In this document: in pieces, positions 50,614 to 60,394 of the stretch
How positions within the stretch are numbered: the stretch's first letter is position 1
How the letters are laid out: every line of letters starts with the position of its first letter
From: Alphaproteobacteria bacterium
Lineage (GTDB): Bacteria > Pseudomonadota > Alphaproteobacteria > MPNO01 > UBA830
Assembly (NCBI GenBank): GCA_965243135.1
Contig: OZ251539.1
Location: forward strand, 5,632,001-5,696,000
DNA length: 64,000 nucleotides
Reading direction: 5' to 3'
The notes under the pieces: model-generated
Told to the model about the DNA's origin: nothing
What the model saw: the letters and a program-made list of their open reading frames with translations, nothing else
Databases searched by the model: none
Position numbers and translations under genes: made by a program

Positions 50614-52152
50614 TCACGGAAACTGTCGGCTGACCGTCGCGCCAGGGGAGGCAGCGCGGAACGGCTTGGGCTGGATCTCTCGAACGGAATCCGGATCGTT
50701 TTTCGCCGCGTTGCCTCCCGCGATCCTGCCCGAGACGAACGCCCAGCCGAGGTGATGTCCGTGGCCTTCGAGCAGCAAGCCTCCCTGTCCCGTCGATCCC
50801 GCTGCGTAGAGGCCGGGAATCGGGACGTCGCCCTTGCCGAGCACCTGCAATCGTTCGTTGACGGCCAGACCGCCGTCGGTGGCGGGAATGCAAGCGCGCA
50901 CGGGACCGAGCGCGGTGAAGGGCGGCGTTTCCATCCGTCGCCGTTCGCCCTCGGCGATCCGGTCGTTGTATGCCGCGGCCGCCGCTTCGAGCTTTCCCGG
51001 CGCCATGCCGGTCTTGCGCGCGAGGTCTCCGAGGGTATCGGCGCGATGGAAGATGTCCGGACGATTCCTTCGGTAGTCGTCGAGGTAGGCGTACGCGATT
51101 CCGGGCGCGGTCGAGACGAAGTTCGGCCAGGCGCGGAACGTTTCCGAGAGCGTTCCGTCCATCACGATGAACGCCTCTCCGCCCGGCTGGTCCGGCATGT
51201 CGGCCCACGGCGCGGAGGTCTCGTCAGCGAACCGTTCGCCGTTGCGGTTCACGAGCAGGGCGCCCCGGCGGCACAACTCCGGCGAAGGCATGAGCGCCGT
51301 CGTCAGGAATCCCATGACGAAGGGCCGAAGCACGCGCGGCGGCGCATGGTCGATCGACCAACGCACGAAGCGCGCGAGCCAAAGCCATGAAGGCAGGCGC
51401 CGGACCAGGGTTTCCCGCGCGGGCGGCACGAAACGGATTTCCGGACCAAGCGCCACGTCTCCGTTCAGCACCTTCGCGCCGAGCGCGACCGCGGGATCGT
51501 GCCAGTCTCCCGCGCTCGTTTCGTTGAACGCCGCGACCCGCGCCGCGCCGGTCGGCATGTAGCGCCGCTTGAGCGCCTCGTTGGCGGAGAAGTCGCCTGC
51601 CGCGAGCACCACCGCCCTGCGCGCGAAAATCCGGCTTCCCGCCGTCTCGACGCCGGCCGCCCGTCCGTTGTCGACGATCAGGCCCTTCATCGGGCAGGCG
51701 ACCCGAATTTCGACTCCGAGCTCGCGCGCGCGGCGCGCCAGGCGATGGATCAGCATGCGGGAGTTCGGCAGCACGTTGTGCATTCGCGGCACCGCATGAG
51801 GCGGCTCCGGCATTGGGCCGTGAAACACGAGGCCGAGATCGAGCAGCCAGCGAAACGTCGCCGGCAGATTGTCGACCAGCAATCTCCGAAGCGCTTCGTT
51901 GTCCCGGCCGCGCAGGCGGTCTCCGTGAAAGAGCGCCATGTCCTCGAAGTGCCGATCGGGATCGTCGGCGATTCCGGCTCGTTCCTGATGCGGCGTAGAG
52001 CTGACGGTTATCGATCCGACCGACCAGCCCGTCGTCCCGCCCAGATCGGCGTTCTTCTCGACGAGCAACGTCGGAGCGCCCGCCTCGGCCGAAGCGATCG
52101 CCGCGGCCAGCCCGGCGCCGCCGCCGCCGACCACGATTACGTCAACCGCCAT
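50614..52152 (-). CDS. FAD-dependent oxidoreductase (fumarate reductase / 3-ketosteroid dehydrogenase flavoprotein family)
   Basis: VVGGGGAGL, EK...GGTT..S, LLVNRNGERF.DE, T.GGL.VN, IPGLYAAG. Confidence 0.88.
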   Translation of the reverse strand: MAVDVIVVGGGGAGLAAAIASAEAGAPTLLVEKNADLGGTTGWSVGSITVSSTPHQERAGIADDPDRHFEDMALFHGDRLRGRDNEALRRLLVDNLPATFRWLLDLGLVFHGPMPEPPHAVPRMHNVLPNSRMLIHRLARRARELGVEIRVACPMKGLIVDNGRAAGVETAGSRIFARRAVVLAAGDFSANEALKRRYMPTGAARVAAFNETSAGDWHDPAVALGAKVLNGDVALGPEIRFVPPARETLVRRLPSWLWLARFVRWSIDHAPPRVLRPFVMGFLTTALMPSPELCRRGALLVNRNGERFADETSAPWADMPDQPGGEAFIVMDGTLSETFRAWPNFVSTAPGIAYAYLDDYRRNRPDIFHRADTLGDLARKTGMAPGKLEAAAAAYNDRIAEGERRRMETPPFTALGPVRACIPATDGGLAVNERLQVLGKGDVPIPGLYAAGSTGQGGLLLEGHGHHLGWAFVSGRIAGGNAAKNDPDSVREIQPKPFRAASPGATVSRQFP

Positions 52153-52312
52153 GATCCTCCGCCGCTTCGAAACGCGGCGCGGCCGGCGGCAAGGGGAGAC
52201 GGCCGGACCGCCGCCGGGCCGAGGCGCGCCGGAAGGGCGCAGTTTTCCGGTCGGCGGCCGGGTCGTTTCGCGCGCCAGGCGCGTTCGAGAGCGCGGCGCG
52301 GGTCGCGGCTCT

Positions 52313-53305
52313 TCATCCGGTCAACCGCGGCGGCGTTCTGTTTCGCGCGGGCAGGGGATGGCCGAGGCCGGCGGCGCGGGCGCGTTCGAGCACCTCGATA
52401 GCCAGCGCCAGATCCGAAATTCCCATGCCCATCGCTTTGAACAGAGTCAGGTCCGCAGCCGGCGGGCGGGAGTGATCCGCGGCGACGATCGACGAAATCG
52501 TCCTGACCTCCTTCCAGGCGTCGTCGTCGCCGCCGTATCGGCCGCGAAATTCCGCCGACAACTCGCGGACTCCGCGAAGATTGTCCACCGCGACGAGGTC
52601 GGCGCGGTCGAACACGTCGCCGGCGAACTCCGCCCGCGCCGGCACGATCGCTCCCATGGCGTTGAGATGGCTCCCCTTCTCCAGCATGCCGGCCTCGAGG
52701 AACGCTTCCGTCGAGTTGGTGATCAGGGTCACGATCGGCATCCCGTCGGCGGCGTCCCTGACGCTGCCGACGGGCGTCGTCCGGATTCCCAGCCGGGCCG
52801 AAACCTCTTCGGCGAACGCGGCGCGGGTCGCGGGGTTGCGGCTCGACACGCGCACGGAGCGCAGCGGACGCACCGCGTGCACCGCGGCGATCTGCGGCAG
52901 CGCCTGCTTGCCGGTGCCGACGATCGCCATTTCGTCCGCGTCCGCCGGCGCCAGCCGCGCCGTGCCGACGCCGGTCATCGCCGCCGTGCGCATCTGGCCG
53001 AGCGCCGTCGCTTCGAGCACGGCGAGGCAGGCGCCGTCCTCCAGAGAGAAGAGCGTGACCGTCGTCTGGGACTTGCCTCCCACGTTCACCCATGTTTTGA
53101 AGCCGCAGATCCCTGCGCCCGCGACGGATGCGCCGATCGCGTGCATGGCGTCGTTTCGCGCCACCATCAGGTGAGTCTTGGGAAGGTTTTCAGCTTCGGA
53201 ATTCGCTTCGAGCGCCAACGCGCGCTCCAGCGCCTCGATCGCCTGCGGCAGGGCGATCAATTCCACGACATCCCGTTCGGCGATCCATATCGGCGCGCTG
53301 GTCAT
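52313..53305 (-). CDS. Ornithine cyclodeaminase / mu-crystallin family protein
   Basis: LGQMRTAA, GTGKQA, HLNAMGA, TLFKAMGMGISDLA. Confidence 0.88.
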   Translation of the reverse strand: MTSAPIWIAERDVVELIALPQAIEALERALALEANSEAENLPKTHLMVARNDAMHAIGASVAGAGICGFKTWVNVGGKSQTTVTLFSLEDGACLAVLEATALGQMRTAAMTGVGTARLAPADADEMAIVGTGKQALPQIAAVHAVRPLRSVRVSSRNPATRAAFAEEVSARLGIRTTPVGSVRDAADGMPIVTLITNSTEAFLEAGMLEKGSHLNAMGAIVPARAEFAGDVFDRADLVAVDNLRGVRELSAEFRGRYGGDDDAWKEVRTISSIVAADHSRPPAADLTLFKAMGMGISDLALAIEVLERARAAGLGHPLPARNRTPPRLTG

Positions 53306-53685
53306 TCGTCGTACGTTCCTTTCTTTCGTCATTCTACAGCCCGGTCGGGGCGTCGCCAGCGAACGCGGTCCCTTTCTGGACGCCGCGGCGAGACGCGGAC
53401 AGGGCGCGGGCGGCCCGGGGACGGAGAGCCGCGCGGCAGGTTCGCCGGGGCGGTCCGCGGCGCATTGGCGGCAGCGCGATCATACGGGTATTCTGCCTGC
53501 GCCGCTTCCTCGCGCCCGCCCGCGAGAAGGAGCGGGACGCTCAACCGGTCGACGGAGGAGGCACGATGTCGAATTTGGACAATATCGCGGGCGAGATCGT
53601 CGCGATTCGGGACAGGTGGCACACCAAGAACCATCCGTTCTTCCGGAAGATGCTCGACGGTTCCCTGGAGCTTCGGGCTCTCGGC

Positions 53686-55334
53686 CAGAAATTCCCGCTA
53701 AGGTGGCCGCCCTTTGCGAAAGGCGCGTCGAGATAGCGTCGTTACCGAGGGACCAGCCGCCGCGACGCACCTTCCCCGCTTCGGCTTGGTGCCGACTTAG
53801 CCTTGACCATCCTGTTTCCCCTGAAAAACTTGCTTTAGCACATTCGGTCACGGTGCCAGGTCAGGAGGTGTCGTAGGGAATTCCCTCTGCTTTCCGGTAT
53901 CCAAACGCGATCATTCGGTAGAGTGTTTCCCAGTCCTTCAAGAAGTATTCGAGAAACAATCCCCGCGCCTTTTCCCAGAAGTAAATGGGCCGCTTGGCCT
54001 TCGTTTGCGCCTGTTGGAACAGTTTGCAACATCGCTGTTGAATCTGGTCAATCAGGAACGCCAGCATCATCAGGAACGCAAAGACCGTCGACAGATTCTT
54101 GTTACCGTGACCGAAGTTGTGCTCAAAGCAGTAGCCTTGGTTCTTCAGGGTGTTGAAAGTTTCGTTCTCGATCTTCCAGCGCGCCCGCCCGGTGCGCATC
54201 AACTCCATCAGGTTCCCTTCGTCAATTGGCAGATCCGTGACCCAGGAGAAACGTTGTTTCTTGCCGTTTGGGAGCTTCTCCCAGTATTCGAGAAAGTTCA
54301 CTTTGAGGTCGAAGTGCGTATCGTTCAGAGGCACTCCGTTAAGATACCGGAATTCGTGCCGTATGTTGTCACCGTCCGTGAACTCCCGGCGCTCCACGGA
54401 CGGCGCGTTGTTGACCCACTCGAACAGGAACTTGTGGTCGCCGGGCTTCGCCCCCAGTATGAAACGCATGTCTAACTCCTTGAGAAGATTGGCATGCGGT
54501 CCGTTCGAGGCCAGCCCATCTTCCAACACAACCAGCTTCAGGTGCGGGTGTTCGCGACGCACATCTTTCAGAAGCCGTTTCGCTGCGTTGCGTTCGCAAT
54601 CGTTCTTTTTTGCGCCGTCTTCCTTCAGGATCGGTTCCGGTGCAAACGGAAAAACCTCCTTTTGTTCCGGATGCACCAGAACGGCTCCCAACATCTGGTG
54701 GTAGTAGGTAATCGTACCGTCGCGGTGGTGTTTCTCGCAGCAATTTTTACAGTGCACCTTGTCCGACGAGAAGTATCCCGTTCCATCGATCGAAAGAGCG
54801 TAATGCCCGTTCAGACAAGTGTATTCTTCCAATCCCTTGCCTCGTTGCAAAACCTGGAACATCTTCGTGAAACAACGCCGCAATTGCCGCGGACAGACTT
54901 CGTCAAGCCGTTCGCGCATCGCAGTGTCCGACGGCACGCGCTTGACGCCGTATAAGGTCGCGAGGTTGTGCCGAACCACTTCGTCGGCGTGCGCGGCCTC
55001 GTCGAATTGCAGAAGCGACGCATACTTCATACCGAACACCGCTAGACCCGACATCAGACAGTCCGTCTGGTTCAGCCCCCTGCTCGCGATCGGATCTTCG
55101 ATACGGTCGAAACAAGCTCGCACTTCCTTCAGCAATCCCGGAGCGCTGAGCGTCTTGCGCATGCCTGGCATTCTGGCCATTTTGGTTACAATCCCGCCTC
55201 GCCTTCGGACCACTTTCCAGAGAAAAATGCTCCGCTCGAAGGCAAATAGCCCCGAATCACCTCGAAAAGTCCACGAAAGACTTTTTTCCGGCCCCATATT
55301 TTTCAAGGGTTTCGAGCCTTAGCGGGAATTGCTG
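53686..55334 (-). mobile_element. Intact 1649-bp insertion sequence (DDE, ISNCY/IS4-clan-like)
   Basis: 18-bp TIRs CAG(A/C)AATTCCCGCTAAGG at 53686-53703 and 55317-55334. 9-bp TSD GCTCTCGGC at 53677-53685 and 55335-55343. Lower GC than the flanks. Confidence 0.95.
53861..55180 (-). CDS. DDE transposase
   Basis: SIDGTG, KNDCE, EDGL and GRARWKIENETFNTLK motifs. Confidence 0.93.
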   Translation of the reverse strand: MARMPGMRKTLSAPGLLKEVRACFDRIEDPIASRGLNQTDCLMSGLAVFGMKYASLLQFDEAAHADEVVRHNLATLYGVKRVPSDTAMRERLDEVCPRQLRRCFTKMFQVLQRGKGLEEYTCLNGHYALSIDGTGYFSSDKVHCKNCCEKHHRDGTITYYHQMLGAVLVHPEQKEVFPFAPEPILKEDGAKKNDCERNAAKRLLKDVRREHPHLKLVVLEDGLASNGPHANLLKELDMRFILGAKPGDHKFLFEWVNNAPSVERREFTDGDNIRHEFRYLNGVPLNDTHFDLKVNFLEYWEKLPNGKKQRFSWVTDLPIDEGNLMELMRTGRARWKIENETFNTLKNQGYCFEHNFGHGNKNLSTVFAFLMMLAFLIDQIQQRCCKLFQQAQTKAKRPIYFWEKARGLFLEYFLKDWETLYRMIAFGYRKAEGIPYDTS

Positions 55335-56365
55335 GCTCTCGGCCATTACATGGCCGGACATTACAAGTTCGTGGAACTGGCGTTGCCGTCCTTCGGTTTC
55401 CTGCTCTGGAAGGCGCCCGAGGACGTGAGGCGCTCCGTGGTCGAGAATCTGGCCGAGGAGGAGGGACTGGTCGCGATCCCGCGCCCCGGCCACGAGGCGC
55501 ACGACCACACCCGCATGATCTTCGATTTCTGCAACGCCGCGGGTTTGTCGGACGACGAGGTTCGCAACCTGAAGATCGGTCCGGCGTGGCATGCGCGGCG
55601 GCTGCACTACGCCCAGACCGTGCGCGACGAACAGGTCGGCGTGGTGCTTGCGATGCAGTCCACGCAGGAAGGCCAGCAGCCGGAGCTCAACAAGGAAGTC
55701 ACCATTCCGTCCTTCGTCAAGCATTACGGCTTCGAGAGGGATTCGAAGGAAATCGCGTTTTTCGTCGAGCATGCCGAGGCGGACGAGGAGCACAGCGACC
55801 GCCAGATGGAGCTCTGCGAGAAGTACATCACTTCGAGGGAACTCGCCGAGCGGGCCCTTCAGGTTTGCGAGGAGGCCTGCATGCTGCGATGGGAATCCAT
55901 CAGCGAGATTTACCGGGAGCACGTGCTTAAGGAGGAGCGCATTCTGCCTTCGGCCGCGTGACGGGCGCGCAACGCCGCGCCGCTCGCCGCCGGCCGCGCC
56001 TATTCGGCGACGAGCGGCAGAGTCTCCAGCCCGCCGACGCCGCCTGCCCACGCGAGGCCGACGGCGAACGAGACCGTCGTTGCCGCGCGAGGGAACGCCC
56101 GGTCCGGAAGGTGCAACTCTATTTTTGTAAAACCGGCATGCTGCCGACGACATCGGCGTCCGAGGCGCGTTCCGTGCGGCCCGCAGCTCGTGGTTTTCAC
56201 GACAACGGGAGGCGGCGGCCAGACACAGGGGCGCGTTCGCCCTCGTCGGTTCCTTGCCGGCGACACCGTCGGCGCATGTCAAATTGCGCGCCAAAGCGGC
56301 TGGCGCAACAGGACTGGCGGCGTGAGCGGCGCGCCAGGTTTTTTCTTCGTGACGCGCTGGCACTG

Positions 56366-56770
56366 TCAGGCGCGTCGCCGCCGTTGCCGTTCTTCAAGAT
56401 GCGCGGCTTCGTGGACAGATTCCGCGGGTAGTGCGTTGCGGACTCCCGGCTGTCCGTCTCCGGCTACCGTCCTGATTCCGTTCCAGTGCGTGCGCTCTGC
56501 GTCGTCCGCATCCGCCAGTCCGCGGATGTCTCCCGCCTTGGCCTCGCCCACGTTCCTCGCCGGCCTGCGATTCCACCCTGCGCATCGGTTCACCGACGCT
56601 CCGCCTTCCTTCTCGGTCCATCGGAAATCCCTGCGGAAGCGCGCCGCCGACAGTCTCTTGCCCTCCAGGGGTAGTCTGCGTTCCAGCTCTTCGTCGTCCT
56701 CGACGATCCCGGGCGACCGTGCTCCGCACGTTCGTTCCTCCTCCAGAAACTTCTCCCCGTGCCTGGCCAA
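56366..56770 (-). CDS. Hypothetical protein, possibly eroded; putative toxin-like partner
   Basis: Starts 3 nt after the upstream stop. SPG.V.DDE.L.R, SVNR, AKAGDIR, DD...H pattern. The TTG start is weak. Confidence 0.4.
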   Translation of the reverse strand: MARHGEKFLEEERTCGARSPGIVEDDEELERRLPLEGKRLSAARFRRDFRWTEKEGGASVNRCAGWNRRPARNVGEAKAGDIRGLADADDAERTHWNGIRTVAGDGQPGVRNALPAESVHEAAHLEERQRRRRA

Positions 56771-56773
56771 CCC

Positions 56774-57160
56774 TCAGATCTTCTCGGGCGCATCGTCCAG
56801 CCATGACATGACCCGACTGAGTTTTTCTCCTCTGTGCCCCCCGATGTATCCTTCCCTGCTCTCCTCGGTCAGGGTGCGGCTGACGTAGTACCCGACGCTG
56901 CCATCCTCCTCCGTGCCGATCTCGACCCTGCCGTACCCGCTGCGCCAGACGATGCAGATCTCCCACGCCTCGTCGGCGTAGACCTCATCGGGTCGCTTCC
57001 ACTCCTCGCGCAGCCCGAGCAACGCCGCGATCCGATCCCTGTTTTCTGCGATCCGCTGGCTCGTCGCGCCCTTGACTTGGGCTGCCCGCAAGGTGCCGGC
57101 GTCGATCGTGTCCAAGATCTCCCGGGTCGTCTTCGTTTCCCGGCCGCTTCCGCTCGTCAT
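56774..57160 (-). CDS. Hypothetical protein
   Basis: Protein-like composition with an ICIVW....RVEIG.EEDGSVGYY motif. Coupled to the downstream ORF. Confidence 0.55.
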   Translation of the reverse strand: MTSGSGRETKTTREILDTIDAGTLRAAQVKGATSQRIAENRDRIAALLGLREEWKRPDEVYADEAWEICIVWRSGYGRVEIGTEEDGSVGYYVSRTLTEESREGYIGGHRGEKLSRVMSWLDDAPEKI

Positions 57161-57559
57161 CCACCCAGAACCTCTCTACCTCGGCTTTACGCCGATGCCC
57201 GGCGCACAACGCCTTGCCCGTTCCGCGCTGCTTGAGGCTTTTTGCGAAAGCCCCCGATTCGCGGACACTTACTACCGCGCAGCCAACCCGGGTGGGCAAA
57301 ACACAGGGCAGCGGCAAGCTCGACTTGAAAAACGAATATACGCTGCCGGTCAAGGATGCCAAGGCCTTTTCGACGGGACTGGAAGAAGGTTCTCAATCGC
57401 AGACCATCACTTGGTAAGCGTTCGCTACCCGGGGGACGAAAAAATTTCGTCCGGGGACCGGACACGGGATCCTTCGCCTCTTTTGCTGCGACCGATGGAC
57501 GAGGGGCTTTGCCGCCGGCAACGGCCCTGCGGCGGCGGAAGAGGCGCGCCAGGAAGCGG

Positions 57560-57850
57560 AAATGTCGCGCGGAGGCAGGCCGGCAGGCGACGTTCCGGAA
57601 AACGCAGCGCACGCGCCGAGGCGGCGCGCAACGAGCCGCCTGAAGTCGGCCTCTTCGGCGAACGAGCGGGCCGCCCGCGGCGAAGCCGAGGAAGCGACTC
57701 GACGAACGCGGCGACGGCCACGGCGCGCAAGCTTGACAAGTTCGAGAGCGAACGCGCCCGAGGCGCGCAGGAGAGCGGCGCGGAACGAGAAGCCCGGCGA
57801 GGGGCGACAGCCCGGGTCGCCGTCGCGCGGACGCGCTTGCCGGGTTCCCG
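57560..57850 (+). repeat. Dispersed decayed repeat, inverted homolog of about 34170-34470
   Basis: Shared blocks gcgacgttccggaaaacgcagcgc, gccgaggcggcgcgcaacgagc, gaggaagcgactcgacga and gacagcccgggtcgc. Confidence 0.8.
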
Positions 57851-58059
57851 GCCGCCGTCCGCGGCAAGCCTTGCGCGAGAAAGGGAGAAAAGGCCACTCG
57901 TCGAGTTTCGCGCCGCGGCGTTGTCGCCGGCCCCCGTTCGACGCCGAAACGGGAGGCGCACCGGCACCGCGGGCGGTCGCGAACGACGGCGCCGGCACTT
58001 GCGCCCCGCGCGACCGCGACAGTCGCTCGACTTCGAGGTCTCGCCGGCGGGGAAGGGCG

Positions 58060-58509
58060 TCAGGCGCCCTTCGTTCCCGCCCCGTCGTCCCTCGGCGTCG
58101 TTCGTTCGGCGACGGTTTCCGGCGCGGCGGTCTGGCGGATCAGCGCCTTGAGCGCCGTCATGCTCTCCTCGTGGCGGCGTTCGTCGGCTTCGCGCTGCTG
58201 CTGCAGGGCTTGCAGCATGGCCTCGTGGCGGCGTTCTTCGGCTGCGCTCCGCTGCTGCATGGCTGCGCTCTGCTGCTGCGTAGCCGCGCGCTGCTGTTCC
58301 ATCGCTTCCTCGTGGCGGCGTTCTTCGGCTTCGCGCTGCTGCTGCATGGCTGCGCTCTGCTGCTGCGTAGCCGCGCTCTGCTGCTGCCCGCGTTCGTCGC
58401 TGGCGCGGACCATCGCGCGGATGCCATACCAGATGCCGACGGCCGCGACGGCGGCCGCGAGCGCGTTGACGGAAGCGATGGCGAGGTTAGCGATCTCGAA
58501 GGCGGTCAT
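58060..58509 (-). CDS. Single-TM protein with Gln-rich coiled-coil tandem repeats
   Basis: Hydrophobic N-terminus followed by ERRHE x3 and AATQQQSAAMQQ x2. DNA repeats at 58168, 58222 and 58309. Confidence 0.75.
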   Translation of the reverse strand: MTAFEIANLAIASVNALAAAVAAVGIWYGIRAMVRASDERGQQQSAATQQQSAAMQQQREAEERRHEEAMEQQRAATQQQSAAMQQRSAAEERRHEAMLQALQQQREADERRHEESMTALKALIRQTAAPETVAERTTPRDDGAGTKGA

Positions 58510-58995
58510 GAGCGTTCTTTCCGGAGACGGGAGACAGTATCCGCGGCGCCGATGCGATCGTCAAGGGAGACGTTTGCGCCAGGGCGGGAACGGGGCGGCG
58601 GCGTTCATTGCCCGTCCTCGGGGCGGCAGCAGGGGCGGCGCGCAGGACGGCCCGCAAGCGGCGAAACGCCTGAACTCCAGGCGCGGTTCCGTCGAACGGG
58701 AGCGTCGTCCGGTCGAGCGAGGCGGACCCGTCGAACCTCCAGGGTTCGGCCATGGGCGGAAAGCCTGAGGAAACATGCAACCAGCGTGGGCCCGCCTGGA
58801 GGCGGAACGGGCAGGTCACCCCGCGACCGAACGCTTACGCCCGGACAATCGTTGAAAGCGTTGCAGATCTTGCGGCTTTACGATTTCAGACCTGCATCCG
58901 GTTCGGAAAGCGGCAGAAACCGATGCCTGTTTCCGCCGAGGCGCGAAGCGGCGTTCCCGGGAAGCTGTTTGCCGCATGCGGAACCGGCGGGTTCC

Positions 58996-59862
58996 CTATT
59001 CCGGAAATTCGGGACGGAACGGACGGCCTGCGATGCCGAGCGCCTCTCGCGCCGGCGACGGATCGAGAGTCAGGGACGCGTTCATCCGTTCCAGGCTCGC
59101 CGCGCTGTAATCGGCGCCGGTAAATCTTCGCCATACGAGGAACGACGCCCGGGCGAGGCCCGGCGGCAGATGCAGCAGAACGGGCCGTTTTCCGAGGGAG
59201 ACGAAGATGCGGCGAACCATTTCGCGATAGGTCAGCGTCTCTCCTCCGGGCAGACCGAGAGTCGCGTCGCGGGCGCCGGGAGCGTCGACCGCGGCGATCA
59301 TGGCCTGCGCCACGTCGTCGGCGTGAATCGGCTGACGTTCTCCGCCGCCCGGCCGGACGATCGGAAAGAAGCCGAAGCGCCGCGCGAAGGACGCGATCGC
59401 GCTGACGTTGCGGTCGCGTCCGGGATCGTAGATCAGGGTGGGCCGGAAGATCGTCCAGCGGACGCCGCGGTCCCGGCAGAGTTGACGGACGCGCTCCTCG
59501 GCCTGCCGCAGGTTCCGCGCCGCCTCCCGCTCGGCCGGATCCGGGCTTTCCGCCTTGAAGATTACGCTGGAGGTGCTGAGAGCGATCAACCGGCCGCCGG
59601 CGGCGATGCGCGCGACGTATGCGGGCAGAGCGGAAATCGGAACGAGGGAGAACGCCGTTGCGGAAGCTGGCGCGCTTCCCTCGGCCGGGTTCCACAGGAA
59701 ACCGGGAGGCGCCTCCCACGTCGCTTCGGCGCGGCTGAGGCACCATCCCTCGAAACCGCGCTCGGACAGGCGCGTCACGAGATGACGCCCGACCAGACTG
59801 GTCGCGCCGAAGACGACGGCGAACGGCTTTCGCCCGGTCCGTTCTTCGCGAACCGAGGTCAT
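58996..59862 (-). CDS. NAD-dependent epimerase/dehydratase (SDR-like) family protein
   Basis: VFGATSLVG, IFRPTLIY, RQPIHADDVA, GGETLTYREM. Confidence 0.85.
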   Translation of the reverse strand: MTSVREERTGRKPFAVVFGATSLVGRHLVTRLSERGFEGWCLSRAEATWEAPPGFLWNPAEGSAPASATAFSLVPISALPAYVARIAAGGRLIALSTSSVIFKAESPDPAEREAARNLRQAEERVRQLCRDRGVRWTIFRPTLIYDPGRDRNVSAIASFARRFGFFPIVRPGGGERQPIHADDVAQAMIAAVDAPGARDATLGLPGGETLTYREMVRRIFVSLGKRPVLLHLPPGLARASFLVWRRFTGADYSAASLERMNASLTLDPSPAREALGIAGRPFRPEFPE

Positions 59863-60087
59863 GCAGGGCGCGGACGGGAGAAGGCGTCCCGGACGGCGGC
59901 GCGGTTCCGGGATCGCGATTCCGGTCTTGCTGTTGCTTTCATGCGAGTTTCCGGGGCCCTCCGGTCGGCAGCTCGCGTCGACGCCGCGGACGCGAGAACG
60001 CCCCTTCAGGTTTCAGGCGCGACGCGGGCGGCCTTCCGTCGCGAGAACAGTATGGGTTGGCCGACGAGTCAAGGCGGCGCGTCCGCA

Positions 60088-60250
60088 GCGCCTCGCCGAT
60101 GGAACGGCCGTAGAGGACGCCGCGCAGCATCCTGTCCGTGAGCGCGTCCCGGCGGATGCGCCCGAGCGCTTCCTTGACGAACTTCGTCGCCTGGCGGTCG
60201 CAGCGCATGTCTCCGCCGGGGACGACCTCGGTCCCGCGGGCGACGGCGCC
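60088..60250 (-). pseudogene. Fragment resembling a Mu-like phage portal protein (gp29/DUF935)
   Basis: AVARGTEVVPGG....QATKFVKEALG....D.LTDRML.GVLYG.SIGE follows the DUF935 N-terminal pattern. Confidence 0.5.
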
Positions 60251-60394
60251 CGCGGATCTCGCGCTTCGCCGCGCTTCCGGGGATCATAGCAGGAACGCTT
60301 CGCGAAGATCCGGGGTGAGGGATTGGAAAACGGCATCGAATTCTCTATTTTATGTCTTGTGAAGTTCGAATGAACAGAGAAGCGGGGTGGCCTT

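Larger units (their letters stand above)
53566..55961 (+). pseudogene. PqqC/TenA/CADD-like (heme-oxygenase-like diiron) protein interrupted by an IS
   Basis: Joining 53566-53685 to 55344-55961 restores a 245-aa ORF: NHPFF...LRALG|HYMAGHY...ENLAEEEG...H...E...FFVEHAEADEEH. Confidence 0.85.

Noticed and set aside
46182-50633. 1483-aa ORF and other long ORFs overlapping real genes (e.g. 1086-3086, 12811-15111, 38672-41482, 57562-60141)
   Set aside because: Arg/Ala/Pro-rich shadow frames expected in high-GC DNA, with no motifs. The opposite or alternative frames carry the recognisable genes.
57214-57417. 67-aa plus-strand ORF
   Set aside because: Only the last ~40 codons look protein-like and there is no credible start. 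Likely a 3' gene fragment.
58168-58390. Spaced repeats as a CRISPR array
   Set aside because: The intervening sequences are themselves repeated, the spacings are multiples of 3, and all lie inside a coding frame.
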